Notes under the pieces: model-generated
The model's input: the letters and a program-made list of their open reading frames with translations, nothing else
Told to the model about the DNA's origin: nothing
Databases searched by the model: none
NCBI GenBank assembly: GCA_034189385.1
Contig: JAXHVD010000005.1
Span: 1 to 64,000, forward strand
Direction: 5' to 3'
DNA from: Thermodesulfobacteriota bacterium
GTDB taxonomy: Bacteria; Desulfobacterota; Desulfobacteria; Desulfobacterales; C00003060
Length of the DNA stretch: 64,000 bases
Position numbers and translations under genes: made by a program
Shown here: positions 59,408 through 64,000 of the stretch, piece after piece
Position numbering within the stretch: the first letter of the stretch is position 1
Layout: every line of letters begins with the position of its first letter

Positions 59408-60103
59408 TTGTCTACTGTGTTTTCCGGCCATAACATTTCCGTGGTGATCCCCACTTTGAACGAGGAGGTGACCATCGCGCGGGTCATAGACGGGTGCAGA
59501 CCCTACGCAGATGAGATCATCGTGGTAGACGGTCATTCCCGCGACAGGACAAGGCAGATTGCCGAGAAACTGGGGGTCAAGGTTGTTCAAGATAACAAGA
59601 TGGGCAAGGGTGAGGCCCTGCGGCACTCCATCAACTGCGTTACAGGGGACATCATCGTTTTTATCGACGCCGACGGCTCTCACAATCCTGACGACATACC
59701 GAAACTGATTCGGCCCATAATGGGAGGCAGGGCCGATCACGTATCGGGATCCAGGCTGATTGGCGGGTCGAGCGAGTTGCACGGAGGTTTTGACGAATGT
59801 TTCCGGCTTATGGGAAGCTCCTTTGTCACTGCCTGCATCAATTGGAAGTTCAAGGTGCGCTTGAGTGAGAGTCAGAATGGATTTCGAGCCATAAGGACAG
59901 ATGTTGTCAAACAGCTGGGCCTAAGAGAAAATATTACCACTATTGAACAGGAGATGATCATCAAGACCTTGAAGAATGGATTTCGAATGACTGAGGTGCC
60001 CACGCACGAGAACGAACGCACGGCCGGGTACTCCAAGATTGACCTGAAGAAGGTGTGGTTTAGGTATGTGTACTCCCTGGTGAAATACCTCTTCTGGGGT
60101 TAG
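59408..60103 (+). CDS. Glycosyltransferase family 2 (DPM-synthase-like)
   Basis: SVVIPTLNEE, VVDGHSRDRT, FIDADGSH, GSR, SQNGFRA; TTG start after AGGAGG. Confidence 0.92.
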   Translation: MSTVFSGHNISVVIPTLNEEVTIARVIDGCRPYADEIIVVDGHSRDRTRQIAEKLGVKVVQDNKMGKGEALRHSINCVTGDIIVFIDADGSHNPDDIPKLIRPIMGGRADHVSGSRLIGGSSELHGGFDECFRLMGSSFVTACINWKFKVRLSESQNGFRAIRTDVVKQLGLRENITTIEQEMIIKTLKNGFRMTEVPTHENERTAGYSKIDLKKVWFRYVYSLVKYLFWG

Positions 60104-60167
60104 GCAATATAGTGTTTTGGCGGAAGTCTTTTTGTGGTTTCAATAAATGCGTGCAGTGTGGGATGAC

Positions 60168-61589
60168 ATGAACATTTTATTACTCAACCCTCCAACGTTT
60201 GACAACAAGGCCTACATCCGAGAGGGCCGCTGCAACCAAGAGCAAGGGGCGTGGACGACCCTGTGGCCCCCCGTCAGCTTGGCCACAGCCGCATCTATGC
60301 TCGAGCAAAAGGGGCATAACGTAAAGGTTTTGGATTGTGCGGCCCGGGAGATCCATCTAAGAGCTCTGCTGAAGAAAGTCCGCACAGGGCGTTTTCCGCT
60401 CATTATTTGGAGCACCGCAACCCCTTCCATAAAAAGCGACCTGGCCCTGGCCGACCAAATCAAGAAGATGGAGTCAAGAGTAACAACAGCGGTCTTTGGA
60501 ACACATGTGACAACGCTGGCAAGGGAGTGTTTGGAGGCGACGGAAGGTCTGGATGTGGTCATTCGTCATGAGCCGGAGGCATCTATAGTGGACTTGGCAG
60601 ACTGCCTTGAAGACAAAGGTCCGCTGGAGGAGGTGGCAGGCATCAGTTACAAGAGCTCTGATGGTGAGATTATTCACAACCCAGAGCGTCCCTTTATCCA
60701 GGACCTGGACAGCCTTCCTGCTCCTGCGTGGCACCTCCTGGACTTGGAAAGATACAGGCTTCCCCTTAAAGGAGACAAATTCCTTATCCTTTCTCCTGTT
60801 CGGGGATGTCCCTATGCCTGCACCTTCTGCACGGCTCAGACCTACTATGGGAAGAGGCTGCGCAGAAAGTCAGTGTCAAAGGTGATGGAGGAGATAAGAT
60901 ACATTATTGATCGATTCAACATAAGCGAATTCTTCGTCTGGGCCGACACCTTCACTGCAGACAGAGACTACGTGACTGAATTCTGCCAGGCTATTAGCGA
61001 CAAAGAATGGGCCATTGGCTGGACCTGTAACAGTCGCGTCGATACAGTGGATAGGGCCCTGTTGGCGGCCATGGCAAAGGCAGGATGCTGGATGATTAGC
61101 TATGGGATTGAATCAGGCACACAGGAGATCCTGGATACGGCCAGAAAGAGGATAACTCTGGGCCAGTGCCGTGAGGCAGTGCGAATGGCCAAGGCGGCAG
61201 GCATTAAAGTGGCCGGGCATTTCGTCTTGGGCCTTCCGGGCGAAACTGAAGCCACCCTCAAAGAAACGCTGGCCTTTGCATTGACCCTGGACCTTGATAT
61301 GGCGCAGTTTTATTGTGCCGTGCCATTCCCAGGTTCGTCTTTGTTCGAATGGGCTCGAGCTCAGGGCTGGATAGAGGGGAAAGGGTTCGATGAATTTCGC
61401 CAAGACAATGCCGTTATGAATCTACCCGGGCTTTCTCCCTCCATTGTCAATGATTATAGAAAAAAAGCTTTTAGCCGCTTTTACCTAAGACCCAGTCGTT
61501 TCCTTCAAATGTGGAACATGGCGAAAATGCGGTCCATAGGAGAGACTATTAGGGGTGGGCTTCGGTTCATGAAATGGATGGGCTCATGA
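60168..61589 (+). CDS. B12-binding radical SAM protein (BchE/HpnJ-like class B)
   Basis: ILLLNPP..WPPVSL B12 domain; RGCPYACTFC; YGIESG; PFPGS. Confidence 0.93.
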   Translation: MNILLLNPPTFDNKAYIREGRCNQEQGAWTTLWPPVSLATAASMLEQKGHNVKVLDCAAREIHLRALLKKVRTGRFPLIIWSTATPSIKSDLALADQIKKMESRVTTAVFGTHVTTLARECLEATEGLDVVIRHEPEASIVDLADCLEDKGPLEEVAGISYKSSDGEIIHNPERPFIQDLDSLPAPAWHLLDLERYRLPLKGDKFLILSPVRGCPYACTFCTAQTYYGKRLRRKSVSKVMEEIRYIIDRFNISEFFVWADTFTADRDYVTEFCQAISDKEWAIGWTCNSRVDTVDRALLAAMAKAGCWMISYGIESGTQEILDTARKRITLGQCREAVRMAKAAGIKVAGHFVLGLPGETEATLKETLAFALTLDLDMAQFYCAVPFPGSSLFEWARAQGWIEGKGFDEFRQDNAVMNLPGLSPSIVNDYRKKAFSRFYLRPSRFLQMWNMAKMRSIGETIRGGLRFMKWMGS

Positions 61590-63277
61590 GATCAATCTTG
61601 GGGATATGGGATGGCCATGATTCTGGCGCAGCCCTCATTGCAGACAACAAGGTCCTCTTTGCCATTAACGAAGAGCGTCTTAGCCGAAGAAAACTTGAGA
61701 TTGCCTTTCCCGACAGGTCCATAGCGGCCTGCCTTGCATATGCCAGGAGGTCACCAGAGGAGATCTGGGACGTGGCCATTTCCACCTCAGACGTGGCAAA
61801 GACGGTGGCCCGAATTATCCCCTCCCTCCGGGAAGAGTATTATCTGATCCGGAGGAGAAAGAAAGAGCCGGGCAAGATTACTTCTTTGAAGAAACAGTTC
61901 AAGTACAAACTCACTGAATACCCCCCCCTAGCTCCGACCAGGTGGCTGAGCCGGTATAATGTGCGGCAAAATATGAAAAGGCTCGGTTTTCGGGACTTCC
62001 ATCTACACCTGGTGGACCACCATCACAGTCACGCCGCCACAGCTGCCTTTTGCAGCGGCTTTGAACGGGGCCTGGTCATCACCTTGGACGGGTTGGGCGA
62101 TGGGCTTTCAGGCTCTATCTATGCGTTCAGGGACGGCACCTTGGAAAACCTGTCCTCCCTTCCCGCCCGCCATTCTCTGGGGATCTTCTTTGAGCACGTC
62201 ACCAATCTCATGAATATGCGGGAACTGGAGGATGAAGGAAAGGTGATGGCACTTGCAAACTATGCCTATCCCGTTGGTGATGCCGAGAATCCCATGATGG
62301 AGTTGATTCAGGTGAATGGACTTGCCATCGAATGCCGTCACACGTCTCTTGGAATGTTTGAGGAACTACGAAAGATTCTCTGGCATTATCCCTCTGAGCA
62401 ATTCGCCTATATGGCCCAGAGAAGTCTAGAAGTGAAGATATTAGAATTGGCCCAAAACGCCATAGATGCAACAGGCCTTGATCATCTGAGCCTGGCCGGA
62501 GGCGTCTTTTCCAATGTCAAGGTAAACCGCCTCCTGAGGATACTTCCCGGTGTGAAGGAATGCTTTGTCTTCCCGCACATGGGAGATGGCGGTTTGGCAC
62601 TCGGAGCAGCCCTGGTGGCAAATCACAGGCTGAATGGCACACACCATATGGCGCTGGATAATCTGTTTCTTGGTCCCCAATACTCGGATCAGGAGATAGA
62701 AGAAGTTTTGCAGGAAACCAACGTTTCCTATCAAAAGAGCACGGATATTGTCAAAGAGGTGGCAGAGATCATAGGCAGCGGGGAGACAGTGCCTTGGTTC
62801 CAGGGACGTATGGAATTAGGGCCTAGGGCCCTTGGGGCCCGTTCTATTCTGTCTCGACCTGATTCAGAGACGATCAAGGACGAGCTCAATCTCAAGCTCA
62901 AGAAACGGGTTTGGTACCAGCCCTTTTGTCCCACCATGTTGGAAGAAGATGCTGAAGAGCTGCTAGAAGACTATGACGGTCGGCCCAACACATTTATGAC
63001 CATGGCTTACATGGTGCGGGAGAGGAAGAGGGATCTCGTTCGCGGCGTGATCAACGTAGACGGCTCCTGCCGTCCTCAGATCCTCCCTCTAGACGACTCT
63101 CCTTTTGTACGGCTCCTTAAAGAGATTAAGAAGAAGACGGGCCACGGCATTCTGCTCAACACAAGTTTCAATCTGCATGGAGAACCGCTGGTCTGTTCGC
63201 CTGAAGATGCTCTGTCTACATTTGTGAGGACGAGGAGCAAGTACATGGCTATGGGCAGCTTCCTGATAATGAAATGA
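61586..63277 (+). CDS. Carbamoyltransferase (NodU/CmcH family)
   Basis: GHDSGAAL, EERLSRRK, DHHHSHAA, EGKVMALA, GPRALGARSIL, LNTSFNLHGEP. Confidence 0.95.
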   Translation: MRSILGIWDGHDSGAALIADNKVLFAINEERLSRRKLEIAFPDRSIAACLAYARRSPEEIWDVAISTSDVAKTVARIIPSLREEYYLIRRRKKEPGKITSLKKQFKYKLTEYPPLAPTRWLSRYNVRQNMKRLGFRDFHLHLVDHHHSHAATAAFCSGFERGLVITLDGLGDGLSGSIYAFRDGTLENLSSLPARHSLGIFFEHVTNLMNMRELEDEGKVMALANYAYPVGDAENPMMELIQVNGLAIECRHTSLGMFEELRKILWHYPSEQFAYMAQRSLEVKILELAQNAIDATGLDHLSLAGGVFSNVKVNRLLRILPGVKECFVFPHMGDGGLALGAALVANHRLNGTHHMALDNLFLGPQYSDQEIEEVLQETNVSYQKSTDIVKEVAEIIGSGETVPWFQGRMELGPRALGARSILSRPDSETIKDELNLKLKKRVWYQPFCPTMLEEDAEELLEDYDGRPNTFMTMAYMVRERKRDLVRGVINVDGSCRPQILPLDDSPFVRLLKEIKKKTGHGILLNTSFNLHGEPLVCSPEDALSTFVRTRSKYMAMGSFLIMK

Positions 63278-64000
63278 CAAGAGAAGACGGCGGCAAAAAG
63301 AGTCTGGCGGAAGGAGAGAAACGAACTGTAGGCTGGATGCTTGTCATTCTCGTCTATGTCAGTATCGTGGCAGCCCTCCTTATGTGGTGCATCTCATTTG
63401 ATTCTAAGCAGTTGCGGGATCAACTCATCTCAATCATTCCGTGGTTTCTTGAAGTCAACTTGTTGTTGATCATTATTGCCATTGGTCTGAGCTTTGCTGT
63501 TGTCAGAAATCAGCTAAAAGACATTTCTTCAAGGCAGTGGTGTCTTGTGTCAGCCATCGTTGTCCTGGGAGTGGTGATGACTGCATTTGTGGCCCCAAGG
63601 ACCCATAGGCTTTTCTACGACGAGAATATCTACCTGAATATTGGTCAGACCATAGCAGCCGAAAAAAAGGCAGCCATGTGTGCTGAAGGATACAACCGGT
63701 ACGGCGAGTATCATTGCGCGCAATTGGAGCACAACAAACAGCCCTATGCCTTTCCTCATCTTATCAGTATCGTGTACCGAGTATTTGGCCCAAGTGAGAC
63801 AGTGGGCTTTGTGTTTAATAATGTCGTTTTTGGCCTTGCCATTCTCCTATCATTCCTCCTTGGCTTCCTTTTGTTTGGCCATTTTGCGGCCGGCATCTAC
63901 TCTGCTCTTATTTATTGTCTGATTCCAGAGAATGTGATTTGGGCCAATACAACAGCAGTGGAACCCAGCGCGGCCCTTTTTTCAGGCCTGGTGATGGCGG
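63274..64000 (+). CDS. GT-C fold (GT39/PMT-like) membrane glycosyltransferase, runs off window end
   Basis: ATGA overlap with previous gene; open to the end; TM helices then FYDENIY loop motif, followed by more TMs. Confidence 0.75.
   Translation, partial: MTREDGGKKSLAEGEKRTVGWMLVILVYVSIVAALLMWCISFDSKQLRDQLISIIPWFLEVNLLLIIIAIGLSFAVVRNQLKDISSRQWCLVSAIVVLGVVMTAFVAPRTHRLFYDENIYLNIGQTIAAEKKAAMCAEGYNRYGEYHCAQLEHNKQPYAFPHLISIVYRVFGPSETVGFVFNNVVFGLAILLSFLLGFLLFGHFAAGIYSALIYCLIPENVIWANTTAVEPSAALFSGLVMA

Noticed and set aside
60168..63277. B12 radical SAM and carbamoyltransferase as RiPP maturases for the GG precursors
   Set aside because: About 14 kb away, embedded among glycosyltransferases, no RRE seen and no shared regulatory motif; not excluded but unsupported

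Overview
Bacterial chromosomal window, most likely from a deltaproteobacterium (Desulfobacterota-like; inferred from gene content such as DUF6178, a stand-alone spdEFG1-type fusA and typical palindromic intergenic elements). It has four blocks. (1) 1-11.5 kb is an accessory region: DUF1016 remnants, an IS30 end, an integron-like attC cassette array with no integrase in view (membrane protein, GNAT, RelE/Phd TA, radical SAM), cold-shock/RRM genes and a csp pseudogene. (2) 11.5-33.2 kb is mostly housekeeping (LOG, rsfS, nadD, proAB, obgE, rpmA, rplU, RNase G, pcm, two ndk, TrmJ-like, pgeF, fusA, MFS, PAS kinase). (3) 33.4-54 kb is the most interesting part. A peptide export operon (lipoprotein, OM factor, FHA membrane protein, HlyD, parvulin PPIase, 2x cNMP-C39-ABC transporter, sensor-less sigma54 activator) is flanked by two double-glycine precursors with related 26-aa leaders and unrelated low-complexity aromatic cores (Tyr/Pro/Gly/Cys and Trp/Gly/Ser). 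A divergent Ser/Thr kinase-caspase-CsgG operon follows. Four sigma54 -24/-12 promoters, each with a tandem TGTT-N11-AACA-type site about 110 bp upstream, link both precursors, an unannotated 45-aa ORF and the kinase operon into one apparent regulon. (4) 54-64 kb holds a TolC/MacAB-type exporter and the start of a glycosylation/modification cluster (GT2, B12 radical SAM, carbamoyltransferase, GT39-like). All family calls come from motif recognition by eye; no searches were run.
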